A model generated the notes under the pieces. That model saw only the letters and a program-made list of their open reading frames with translations. It had not been told where the DNA came from and made no database searches. DNA of 64,000 nucleotides from Takakia lepidozioides. Its lineage: Eukaryota > Plantae > Bryophyta. Below are positions 1 to 11,900 of the stretch, one piece after another; within the stretch, counting starts at the first letter, position 1, and the number at the start of each line of letters is the position of its first letter. The stretch is from assembly GCA_030704615.1 (NCBI GenBank), contig CM060731.1, positions 29,016,001-29,080,000 on the forward strand. Direction: 5' to 3'. The translations under genes were made by a program, and so were the position numbers.

Positions 1-626
1 TTTGATATGCACGGTCAACATCCCATACATTGGAACATCCCAGTATAACACAATTTATGGCTGCAAGGGACACAGCTTCACCACTCGCATGTATTTCTGC
101 CAACTTATAATATGCCTGCACACAACAGAGACTCATCGTGAGCCCAAGTCTAAATCAACTCTCCAATCGGCAAAATCAAGAAAACAGACTCAAGGGTTGA
201 ATTCTTCTGCACAGTTCAGGTTCCTTTACTCTATATGCAAGCCCAGAACTTTTTAGGTCACCGTCGCGACAAACAAACATATACTCGCATTACAGACCCA
301 TGCTTTGGATATTTACCCAATTAGCCTAACATGCTACAGCAGGTTTGGCTGACAGCTCAACCCTGCACCATATCATAAACATGACCTGTGCAGATAGTGC
401 AGATTGCTGGCTTCATTACTAATTTCTGACAGGAAGCACGAAAGTAAAGATATATGCCCACCTCACCCAGCTATATCTCAGAGACACGCACAAACTCAAA
501 TGTCCCACAAAACCACACCAACTTGTCAAAATCTTGGACACTCACAAACTTGCCTGTACCTTCAAAAGTTTAGAAATCTGGAGCATTATGTAACATTCTG
601 ATCATGGATTGTAGTGACTTACTCAC

Positions 627-3186
627 CGCATCCAGAGCTGCAGGCCCTGCTTGTGTGATGGCCTGTACAAGTGGCAGCAAAGATGAAAATGGAGACATAA
701 TCTCAATATCCTTCCCGTGGTTAAGCTCCAATTCACGCACTGTGGTAAATGCAGTAGTGAAGTCTCCCGCAGAAGAGCAAGCATGTACACGAGCTAAAAA
801 AGCAGCCGGACACGGAACCCTTGTTGTGCCAATAGATTTCAGAAGAATGTCCCAGGCCTCATTTGAGAGGGCAGTGTTTCCTGTGCGAGCAGCAGTGCCA
901 AGCAAAGCTACCATGCCCCCTTCATCCATGGTAAGCCCATTTGCAGACTGTGTAGATGTATGCTGGTTTAGAGTCTGCAGAGAAAGAAGGGCGCACTCTG
1001 CATCATCAACTTCTGTTGATGCAGTAGCTAGCTCCCCAACTGTCTGTACCTGTGGCACTAGCTGTTGACTCTGCATACAGCGACTTCCCACATGTAAGTG
1101 CATTGTCAAAAGATGATCCAAGTGCCCACTTGCAAACTCTTCTTCCCGGTTTATTGTTTCCGCTGTGAAAGCCACTTGAACAGAAGGCTTTAAGTAGGTC
1201 TTCAACCCCATGACAGCTTAAGCTTCTGCTCCTTTACAATACCATATTCTCTCAATGCTCTATGGCGCGGTAATCTCCCGCTGAATCACTGCAGTTGATG
1301 GATGAATTTTGCAAGAGACTGAAGCACCTGTCTGCGTTGAGATTGCAACATCCTACCAGTAGCTTGGTCATCCAATATCAACAACAGTTCCATTACCGTA
1401 ATGTCTTCTCTCAATGCTCTAAGACGTGGTAATCTCCCACGGAATCACTGCAGTTGACAAGTGATTTTTGCAAGAGCCTGATGTAACTGTCTGCGTTGAG
1501 ATTGCTTAAGCGACATCCTACCAGCAGCTAATACCAACAACAGATAGAGTTGGAAAGAGGCTTCAATGCAATAACAGAAGGGAGATGTAATTCAAGCTGC
1601 AAGTAGGACCCATTTTCTGCATTGCTTAGGGGAGCCTGCAATGATGTCCCAGACATGGAAGCTTGCAAGACAAAAGGGAAAGTGGGTTTATCCTAAGCTG
1701 AGCTAGCCATAACACTTTTGGCGGAGCAAACTTGTGAACTCAAGTATCAACCCGTAGCAAGTTACTATTGAAAATTCTGGTTCTACCTTGAGCTCCTTCA
1801 ACACAGCAACAGCAACCTGTGTCTTATGAACCCGGGCACATGCCACCAATAATTCATTGTAGGTAGTTTTGCTGGGCACAAAACCTCGGTCATACATCGC
1901 TTGCATATGTTTCAATGCTGGTGTAATCCTTCGGTCTAGCGCACACAATGCAATCACGAAATTGTAGGAGTCTCCATCAGGATGTGCCTCTGGGCCACCT
2001 TGCTCCATTCTGCAAGTCAATTAATCCTCTTCAAAGAATGGCACAGACATGAACTTTACAACATTTCAAACTTTCAACCAGAAAAAGCTTATTGACACAC
2101 CCCTAAGTTGGAAATAACTGAGGGATCCCATTGACATTAGTAAAAGTTGTCAAAACTTATTGCTAGACAGAGGTGCAGCTTGCCAGATCACAACCTTTTT
2201 GGACTCAATTGGTTGCAAAAAAGAATTAATCACTTCTCAATGGAAAGGAACATTGTATAGCAAAATGTGAGAGCCCAGTAAACTCAGAACTCACATTTGA
2301 GAGAGAACCAAATATTAAAAGAAAACCACATTCAAGGTATCGGAGATTCCAATCCACAAGTCCGCAGACCTAATTCCGTGTGATAGTCTAGGTGGCTCAG
2401 GGATGGATGCAGACCTCTCTCTCTCTCTCTCTCATAACAAATGGGTGTAATCAGTTACTTTTCAAGTATCTTTTCTGCCATCTTTGAATCCCTTTGCCGG
2501 AAGACAGCTCGCAACACAAAATTATAGGTCAGCTGCGTGGGTGTGACTCCAGCTCCTTCCATCTCACTTACAACTTGACACATGCTGTCGGGATGGGAAC
2601 CAAGTCGAAGCTTTGCATGCATCAGCAAATTGTAGGCCAGAATGTTGGGCTTGTTAGGCTTCCCCGTGACGTCTGGCAATTTCACCCAATCGTCAAACAA
2701 TCGCACAGTCTCCTCGAGCCTTCCGTGTGAAAGAGAATTGGACATTTCTCTCGCAAGTAACGCGCAATCAAGTCTTGACAAGTGCGTAGGATTTTGCAAA
2801 GAAAGCGAGGGTTTAAGAGAAGCAGGCACGATAGAAAATCCTGGAACCCTAGGCAGTGTGCTTCCCAAGGAAGAAATGGCTTGAAATCCGGGGGCGGGAT
2901 CAGATGCTGCAATGTCAGCTTCCAGCTGCGAAATTTGCAAACAATGCACGTTCGTGCTCACACCTCTTCTCCCGTGTTGATTAGAGGCAACATTCCTCCA
3001 CCTTGACAAACTTAAATCCCCTGCTTCCAAATTCCCATAAAAATGACCAGATGACTCGTGGGAGGATGAAATGGAGATGGAGAGAGAGGAGAGGCATCGC
3101 GACAAAACAGCAAGGGAGGGCCCATTCTTCCGTCGCCTGTGAAGGCACCTAGACAGGTGCTTCAGGGTTTCCCGGGGAACAGCCAT
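627..3186 (-). CDS. P-class pentatricopeptide repeat protein, At1g26460/At4g35850-like, probably mitochondrial; 3' exons lie beyond the left edge
   Basis: Exons 3186-2459, 2009-1787 and 1070-627 have GT/AG ends and consistent phases. The N-terminus is Arg/Ser-rich like a presequence. PPR motifs AYNLLMHA, TYNFVLRA, SYNFVIAL and TYNELLVA are present, plus family blocks LFDDWV..GKPNKPN, DEGGMVALLGTAART and SPFSSLLPLV. No stop codon is reached in the window. Confidence 0.88.
1247..1543. repeat. Diverged tandem duplication of about 140 bp (1247-1387 and 1406-1543) in PPR intron 2
   Basis: Both copies read TTCTCTCAATGCTCTA..GGTAATCTCCC..GAATCACTGCAGTTGA..TTTTGCAAGAG..CTGTCTGCGTTGAGATTGC..CATCCTACCAG..CAACAACAG. 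Confidence 0.9.
2415..2433. repeat. (CT)n microsatellite in PPR intron 1
   Basis: Direct read of a ctctct run. Confidence 0.9.
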
Positions 3187-4320
3187 TGACGTGCCGTAAA
3201 AATGCGTTGCACTCCCACTTCCCTCTTATCCTGCTGCACAAGCTGCAAATAACGCCCCCTCTTGCACCTCTCTGCACGCCTTGTAAGAGGCCATGCACTC
3301 CTCTACAACTTCCCCCGAAACCTCGCCTCCGTCATTCTACTAAACCCCCCACCCCCCCCTGCCGCCACACATCCAGCACTCGGAAAGTAAAGAAGCACAT
3401 CTCTACCATCCCGGCACAGCGATCTGCACCATCATCTTCACCATCGCATACACCACAACAGATCGGCGAAGCAAACTCAACTCGCTCGTCTCTCAATCTT
3501 GCAACCATGCGGGCCCTGCCAGCTGCTGCAACGACCAAGGCGACCGTGCACCCATCCAACGGCCAACGTAAAAACACGATCTAGCGATAATAATTAATCC
3601 ATGAGGCCCCTCTAGTTCCCCCTTGGAAAACAATCGAGGCCGTCAAAGGTGAGGAGATGATCGGTAAAGATATATCCATACATCTCACGGTCAGAAATCA
3701 CTCTCAGCCAACCAAAGCAATATGGTTCACCTCTATTGCGGTGGTCGTACTCTTCAGTTCTAAATGGGATGGGTGTATAGGAAGAATGGTACCATTAAGA
3801 GCATCATTTGGTTCTTCACCATGGTCGATGCACAACCATGGAGTCGATTGTGACGTTGCAGAACAGAGTAAGTAAGACTTATGTTGAAGCAAGCAAAGGA
3901 AGCAACCGATGGTGTCACTTAACCCTAAAGGACTATACTGCCTTCCAGCAAGAAGGTGGACAGTGGACACACTAATCGGAGATTGAACCCGCAACCACTT
4001 CCGAGGGGGAAAGTACGACAGTACCCATTACCACACGGTGACAACTTGGTTGTCGGCCAATACAACTATAAAAGGGGGATAACAGGGTCAACCCATACTT
4101 CTTCGGACAACAACGTCCAGATTATACGACATGGGGTGCATTGTTAATTTGTTGATGGGGTCTATTCAAGTCTTATGAAGATGGACTGCCTTGTGTTCCG
4201 ATGAATTGTTAATTTGTAGATGGTGTATATACAGAATTTTATGGGTTTGGTTTGGATTCAGCAAGCAGTTTTGGATTATGAATGTTGTTTAGGAAATGTT
4301 TGCCTAATGCGCATAGTGAG

Positions 4321-4570
4321 AAGAAAACAGCTCAGTTGGATAGAGCACTCAGTGTCACCCAGGTGATTTTGGGTTCATATCCGGCTACCTTGTCGGGAGT
4401 GGTATATTCTTCTCTCCCTTCCCTTGGGCAGTGTCCCTAGAGCCTTGTGCTCGGCGCCTCATGGCGAGGTTACTACGAAAGAGGTTATTTTCTCCTCTCA
4501 CCACAATTAAGGGGCCTAATTTGTGAGCGGTCGCTCCCGGGTATTTCCCTTAATTAAAAAAAAAGAAAAA
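4321..4570 (+). mobile_element. tRNA-derived SINE
   Basis: Pol III A-box CAGCTCAGTTGG(ATAGAGC) at 4328-4339 and B-box GGTTCATATCC at 4372-4382 sit at tRNA-like spacing. A ~170-bp unrelated body follows, then an A-rich tail at 4556-4570. The cloverleaf is not intact. Confidence 0.75.
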
Positions 4571-4809
4571 GGGGTAGCTCTAGGTTATGCAAAAGTTGTT
4601 TTTTTCTACCAAAAACAAAAAATGACGACGATGATGTGGTAAAGATGGCATGGCACTATGATACCCTATTCCTGCTCTACACTAAAACCCTGCACTAACA
4701 CCTAGGCCCACCTAGATTTCCCCATTCTTACTGTGCTTTCTTGCCAAAATCTCGCTCCTGAGTTTTGAGCTCTCCTACGACGGATTTTTTTCTCGCTTTT
4801 ATTTTACAT

Positions 4810-6614
4810 GGGGAGATGGCAAGGGATTCATGGGTTGTCTTTGATTCGGCTGTTTCCTGCCAACGGGCAATTTTTTTATTAGGATACTTGGTAGCCTCGG
4901 AGAATCCACTCCCCATATAGTCTAGGGAATCGCGTGCAAGAAAGAGGTATTTTTTATAAGGGTAAATTTTTTTCCATCCACCCTATAATTATTCTATTCT
5001 GTAATATTAAAAATTATCCATCAGGCTATTTGTTTAATATTTGATTGTAATCATCAAATATTTGACACCCTATAGTAACACAAAAGTAAAACAAATTTAT
5101 CTTATAATGTAAAATATTTTATTATTTGTTTAATACAAACTCATTGAGAGCTTCAGCATCAACACCATTCAAGGTGTAAACAACTGTTATATGTCATAGT
5201 TACTGAACTGATAAAAATGAGAAAAAAACAAAGTCAGAAAAAAACAATGTATAACTAAACCAAAACGTATCTTCCATAAATCAAGTCCAATCATCCAAGC
5301 CCAGTCCAAGTCTTGTCATCTAGGTGTCATCTAGGTCCAACGAGTCATTTATGAAGTCCAAGTACAAATATACCTTAGAATGAATGACATATATTCTCGC
5401 CATTGTGGTCCCCCTTATGTAGTTCTGAAAAATATATAATTGGATCACATATTCGTAATCTTATTTTTATTTAAATATGGTAAACAGAAAATAAGGACAC
5501 CCAATTTTATTTCTAAAAATATTGAAATTATTTTACCTTCAAAAAAATATGGTATCCTATATTTTTTTGCATGCCATTTGGAAAATAACGGAAGTAACTT
5601 CCCCGGGTTGGTAGCATTAGCTCTAAACGTATTGGAAAGGTGGAAGCAGAAAAAGCGAAAGTAAATCTCTATTCTGTGTTCAAGCACTTGAAAGACCATT
5701 GTAATATCAGGTTGGTATTTCTAAACCGACTCTAGAAGAGTTAACAGCTTGCTTGAGCCATACTCACAACTATATGTTAGAGCTAATGTCCATAGGGCCA
5801 TGTGAGTTTGGACACCTACCCCCCAAAAAGCTGCAGCCAACTCTAAAACTGTAGTTTTTCGTATGGAAGCAACGCCATCTTAAGCCTAGTATTCTGGTGG
5901 CCATTTGGATTGGGAGATAAAGGACAAATCAAATTGAAAGATTCATTTTTTGGGGCCTATTTGATCCAACATATATTTTTCCCTCATCCTCATGCCAAAT
6001 CATTAGGTCTGACTCGTCACTGAAGTAGCTTGAAGTTTGAAGTTTTTGGAGAAGTTCGAAGCCAACTGTATGCATTTTAGTAATCATCTAACTTCAATTA
6101 GCGCAGTTTCACGCGAAGTGAAATCAAATTGTTGATCATGGAGGCGAATATTGCTGATTACAGGCGTGCCACATCATCTCAGCATGTCATAGTCTGTGTG
6201 GGGGAGCATGGCACTTCCTATTAAAGGATGAAAACGTGGAAAGCTTGGTAGGAAAGCTTGAGCGTTGCGACCCAACAGCTTGCGCGATTCTCTTGTTCAT
6301 GTTTTCTGTCAGGTTTTCCTACCCTCCACCCTAAGCCTGCCCATGATTGTATTTTTATGCTTTTGTTTCCACATGATGCTCAAGGCTTCATTTCAGATTC
6401 GAGGGGAGATGCCAGGGGTTCATGGGTTGTGTTTGATTCAGTTGTTTCTCTATTGCTGGACATAATTTTTATTGGGAAAACCCTCGTAGCATGATGTCCA
6501 TGGTAGACCTTAATGTAACACCAGTCTATCGTTCGGGCACAAGGGCCATTGTAATATCAGGTTGGTGTTTCTAAACCAGCTTTGGAAGAATTAGCAGCCT
6601 GCTTCAACTATACT
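4810..6614. repeat. Two old copies of an unidentified repeat: blocks 4810-4895/6403-6490 and 5696-5764/6546-6614
   Basis: GGGGAGATG.CA.GG.TTCATGGGTTGT.TTTGATTC and CCATTGTAATATCAGGTTGGT.TTTCTAAACC each occur twice in the same order. The second copy lacks most of the intervening sequence. Confidence 0.75.
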
Positions 6615-8931
6615 GGCTGTTTTGTTTTGTTTTGAAAATATATAACTCATAATATGACCGAGGTTAAAAAACATAAAATCCCAATGACCGTGGGTTGTGC
6701 TCGTGTGAGCATGGTCACTCGATACGAACCCCCGACATTGGACATTTCTGTGACACCAATAGGTGGATTGAATCGAGAACACTTCCAAGTGGTATGGACC
6801 CATTATCACTGGACTACAACTTGGTTGTCATATATATACGCTATATAGATTTCACCCCCGAAAGGGGGCAGTAGTAAGGTGAAGTGGCTCTTAGTTACGT
6901 CGGCTTTGGCCGGAGTCATCTTTCTCTCTCTCTACACTATATAGAAGAGGAAAAAAAGTCTATTTCTGGAGTGGTTGGAGCATAACCCACTTAACCATCC
7001 GCATAGGTAAGATATTCTAGGCCATTGCTGGAGCTCCACTGGCGCCACATGAATGTTCATTGTGTCGTATCCGGATAAAGACTATGACAATACCATTATT
7101 GGAAGTGTGTTTGTACTTTGTTCATAAGACTTTGAGTGAGTTACTAATGCGCTTACGAAGTAATTAACCTCATACTTAAAAGCAATGCGATCTTTGCTAA
7201 TAGTGTGAGCTTATAGTGTGAGCTTGCAGTCCACTTGGCTATGGCACTAAGAGTCGACGCTAGTGCTACCACTTATAACTAGGAATGATGAAATAAAACG
7301 AGGAGTCAAGTATTAGTGGAGGTTTTATTACGGTTTGGAGAAAGAAGAATAGCGGCTGTGTCCCACGAGCTACGAAAATATAGAAGTTCTATAAAAATTA
7401 TGTGCACATCACAACTTGCACTTTGATTGGGTACCCATCCCTAGGGAAGCGGAAACACAATCCACACAATTCGTTGCATTCCTCTCATTTTCACGGAAAA
7501 GGTTATTTCCTCAAGGGCAGTACTTCGGAGCTGCCCAACGCCGATGGGGCAGACCGGGCAGAGACACACGAAATCTGGCGGTAAGTATCCGTATCCACAA
7601 CGGAGAATTTGGAGAGACCCGAAAACACGTGGCAATATATCGAATCTACATTTATTCACGGGAATATCCGTGTCAATATTGCAAAAACAATAAGTATCTA
7701 CACATCTAAATGAATCGGAGGAGCCAGCCGGTTGCCGGTCAGATGCCGTCGGAATCCGTGGGGCGAAGGTTATCGAGACCGGTGGTAGGCGGTTAGCAAC
7801 CGGCCAAGGGGGATTTCTGCCCTAGTAGCGAGAGCACAGAATCGCAGGTTCCATGGCAGCGGAGCAGACCGCCTTGTTGTCTCTACACACCGCTCGCCCT
7901 CTTTTTTTCCTTAGTAAGATGTACGTGGGAAAGGGTCTTGCTGGGAGGTTGTGGCGATGGTGATGGCGTGGAGGGAGGCAGCCTGGTCTTCTGGTTTATC
8001 AGACTTTGGCAGAGGGTCGACTAACTTCATGCATTTCCTGACTACTGTTGCGTGTGTGGCTGGGAGAGAGACAGGAGAGGGAGGGAGAGAGAAGGTGAGA
8101 GAGATTTATGAGTCTCGGTGCTGAGAGGTTTGTGCCCGTCAGCAGAGGTGCACGCGCTTTTTTGGTTGTCTGTAACGCGGACGGAGAAGAGGAGGAAGAT
8201 GCAAGATTGGTCATATTCAGTGGAAAGTGAGGAACGACTTTTGTAGGGTGAATTCTTAGCCGGTGGCGATTCTGGTGATGAGGAAGAGCCGGGAAAAGTG
8301 GTTTGCCTGGCATTGTAAGGAAGGTTTGAACGACAGACTGGTTAGTACCACATTGGTGATACGTGCACAGGGGAACGTTCCGAACTAGGACTTATGCTGT
8401 GACAATCGAACCGCGAGTCATGGCGGGACTAAGGGGCGGTGTAGGAGCGGATGTTTCATTGATGGTAGAAGGGACCAGATCTGGCAGGGGGACATACAGG
8501 AGGGGGCAGAAATGATCCTGGTGGATGGGAAGGCAGGAGATTCGATGGTTGGTGTGCCCGAATGGTTCGCTCTCAAATGGCAAGGGTAACTTAATTAGAG
8601 ATTCTGGAAACTTTCCCGAGGCACCTGGCGAAGTTGTCATGGTGGATAGTCTAAAATACCACTAAATTGCAGGTGATAGGCAGTTTCGGTAGCTAATTAC
8701 GACTGTGCAGAGACCGACATATATATCCGGAGATGCTTTAATGTCTTCGATATGCTGGGGATTTGGGACGTTATACCAGGTCAGCTTTCGCTCTGTCAGC
8801 ATTTGCTTCTCTCAAGTCAGCAAGAGACAAGTTGTTTGTGGCGGACTGCCACCAGAACTGAGATGTGGAGGTGCTCAGTCAATTGCAGCGCAAGGGTGTT
8901 GGTTTAGGTTATACTGACGCTGGTGGGCACC

Positions 8932-11900
8932 ATGGAGGATCTTTGGAACTTAAGGACTTGTTTCAATAGGCCCCCTGTACAGCCCAGTCCTTTGCCTACA
9001 CTGGTGAACCAGGTACTTCATGTAACCAGCCTTGCTGCTATTATGATGGCAGAATGCTTTATTTATTGACTGCTTTTAGGGTTAAAAGAAACATGAGGCC
9101 TACAGGGACCTGCATCAGTATGTCAATGCTGCATCCTTGCAAGCTATAGATAAGGCAAGATGTGAGCCCTCTGGGCCCTGTTTTCATCTCGGTGAGCCAC
9201 CCTGCTGCAAGATGAACAGTACCTTAGATGTTCTGAAATGCAAGTGTCCAGTGGCGAGTTTAAATCACTCCTCAGCCTGTGATCTGAGACTTTGAAACTA
9301 AATGAAGGTGGCAGTGAAGTTTATATCACCTTTGCTAGGACACTATTATCTTGCCAAACAGCCAGAACAGTTCAGAGAGAATGTACTCATGGGACATTGT
9401 TTGCTGTAACCTTGGGGCCATAGAGAGAGAAAAAAGTTTGAGGGGTTTTGGTGGCTGGGAGTTTCTTAAGATCATATGGGGAGTATTGTAGGAGTCCATG
9501 TATTGCCAGGAACAGCCCTTGAAGAAGAGTTGTAGGAGGCCTGGCTCTTCTCTGTGCAGCTGTAGGTGAGGCAGAGTAGGGAAATTTGACGCATTGATCT
9601 GGGTTACGTTTCTACTGCCAGTCTCTGGAGAAACCTTGTAATGCAATCGAGTCAATTTCCCACAGAGCAGAGGACAAGGTGTCCCCTGAAGGCAGAAATA
9701 CAGAGTTGAGGATCAAATTCACATCTGATGTTCAGATTTTTTCCATGTCTTCCCTTTCTGCCACGGCCCATGAAAGTTGTAAAGGCAGTTTGATGGAAAT
9801 GGTGTATACACCATTTGTCTGATAAGCTCCCTGTAGGGGCAGAATCAACATCAGCAGGTAAACTAGACCTTGCTGACGTTGCTTTTTTTGTGGGTGGGTG
9901 TGCAGTTTGACATGAATCCAGGGCAACTTTCCCATCCGTATGTGCAACAAGAGGTGTGCGTCATTGAGCGCACTATACGGCAAGAGCCTGTTGGCCCCAA
10001 CATGTTGAATTTTGGCGTGCAGGGGTTCACTCCCAACAAATTAAGGTCTGAGCTTTTAGCTATGGTTTCAGGCTCACAGCAGCATCAGCTCCGTTCAAAT
10101 TATCAGCCATGTATCACTGCCCGGTCAGCTTACATAGCTTCACAGCCACAGCTCTATCAGACGAACTCTGGAAATTCTCCTGCAGCAGGAGGGTGGCCTT
10201 TGATGAGCCCTTCCAATCTGTCTTCTATTAATCGGATGAGTGGAATTGAGAGTTCCAGTGCTGCAGCAGACTCATCTCATTCTGGACAGGGACTGGATTT
10301 GAGTGTTGTGCCTAATGGAAGGTTGGCAGCAGTGCCACAGGACAATGTGGAATCGAATGTGCTGAGGACATCGGGTTCAGAGCTTTTGAAGCAGAATCTG
10401 AACTTTTCTCATGGGACACATGATCAGGAGGTGGATGCAAACCGGCAGGCTCCCTTTCCTCAATGGCTGACAGAGATAGTGAGCCGGAGGCAACGGCTCC
10501 AGGGTGGACAAGCATTGTTTTCTGTCAATTCAGATGTGCCACGAACTGCACACACCATTCCGGATGTGGAGCCTGTTGGGTCCAACCACATTCAGGCAGC
10601 TCCAGCTTCTATGGGACGGCCTCGGGTCTTCTGCTTCAATTACGCTGGAGTGCCTCTCAGTGAGTGGTGTTGATTTACCTTTCTCCATATATGTTGCCAA
10701 CCTGGTCACAGAGCCCTGCTCGTTGAGTTTGGTTTGAATCTTGCTCTTGCCTGTTTCTCTAGCTGTGTTAAATTGGCATTGGTGGTAGGAGCATGAATCA
10801 TGCACATTTTAGAGTTACGATTGTCCACTGACATTTAATTTAACAGCCTCTCAAGAACTGCTGGATTGTAACAAATAATTCTTAAACTACCTTATGTCTT
10901 AGAATTAGTTCAAATGATCCTGGTCATGGCATCATTCATGAGGCATTGTGATTGATTGGCTTTTGCCGCGATTTTTGCCATGCAACCAGATCTTTTATCT
11001 CCATGACTAGTAAAATGTTGTCGTCTTTATCAAGCAGTTTAGCCATGGTTAATTGGGTTTTGCCATACACTTGAAGCATTCATGTGACAATATCACAGAT
11101 ACTCAACTTAGGAATCGAATGGACCAAATCATTTATTTGCATGTGGGAATGGTTGTTTTGTTTGCCTAGCTTTAACCTTAACCTCATAGCCAAACCATAA
11201 GTGGGAAAGGGGCCATAGTCGTTAATGTAGATGTGCAAGGAAAAACCTCTAGAACCGATGGACTGACAGATGGTGTATGGCTAGCTCCCATCAGAGCTCT
11301 ACTAAGGAGATTGTTCTGCATTTCTTCTGTCCTGTGGAGTTGGCAGAGACTTGGACAGCAGTTAATCATGTACTGTGGGCTGGCAGGTGGAGAACTGTGC
11401 TTGACAGACTCAGGGCGCTTGGGAGTGATTTGTGGCTGCCATAATATGCATATGTCTGTTACAAAGTTCACTCAGGTATTGTATTTCCTGATTGAAATGA
11501 AGTGGTTGGTCACATCTTTTGTGCAAGCTGTTGTGGCAGGTAAGGTCGATTCAAACTTTTGGGAGAGTAAGGTATCCTCTAGAAAGAATTTGCATGTGCA
11601 TCTGGTGAACATGGACTTCTTAGAGAGAAAGTTATCCCTATCAGAGCAGCAGATTTGACTTTCTTTACACAAGATGTGATTGTGAAGTTCATAAGTGGTT
11701 TGATCAGTGCAGAGACCCCTCATGATAGGGGCTTGTGTTTTAATTTGGCGTGCCAGATTTTTGGAGGTTTGCTAATTATTTAGTACCTCATAAAGGTTTG
11801 GAAGTCTAGTTACTTTGTATTCAAGGATAGTTTTTTGCCAGTCTCAATTGTTTCTTAGAAACTGTAATGTCTTTGGTTGGTATGGTTGCAGCACGCGGGG

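Noticed and set aside
570-1211. ORF-track start at 1211 and read-through to 570 as a separate gene
   Set aside because: Only 1070-627 resembles the PPR family and is bounded by AG/GT in the right phase. The rest is intron.
3657-4147. Short ORFs or possible solo LTR with TATAAAAGGGG
   Set aside because: No recognisable protein motif, and no TG..CA ends with TSD were identified.
4328-4395. Functional tRNA gene
   Set aside because: A and B boxes are present but there is no convincing acceptor or anticodon stem and no nearby T-run terminator. A body and A-tail follow, which fits a SINE.
5440-5664. hAT dimerisation-domain fragment (ENNGSNFPGLVALAL)
   Set aside because: It lacks the WW and SxxxERxFS motifs and lies in AT-rich sequence, so it is probably chance similarity.
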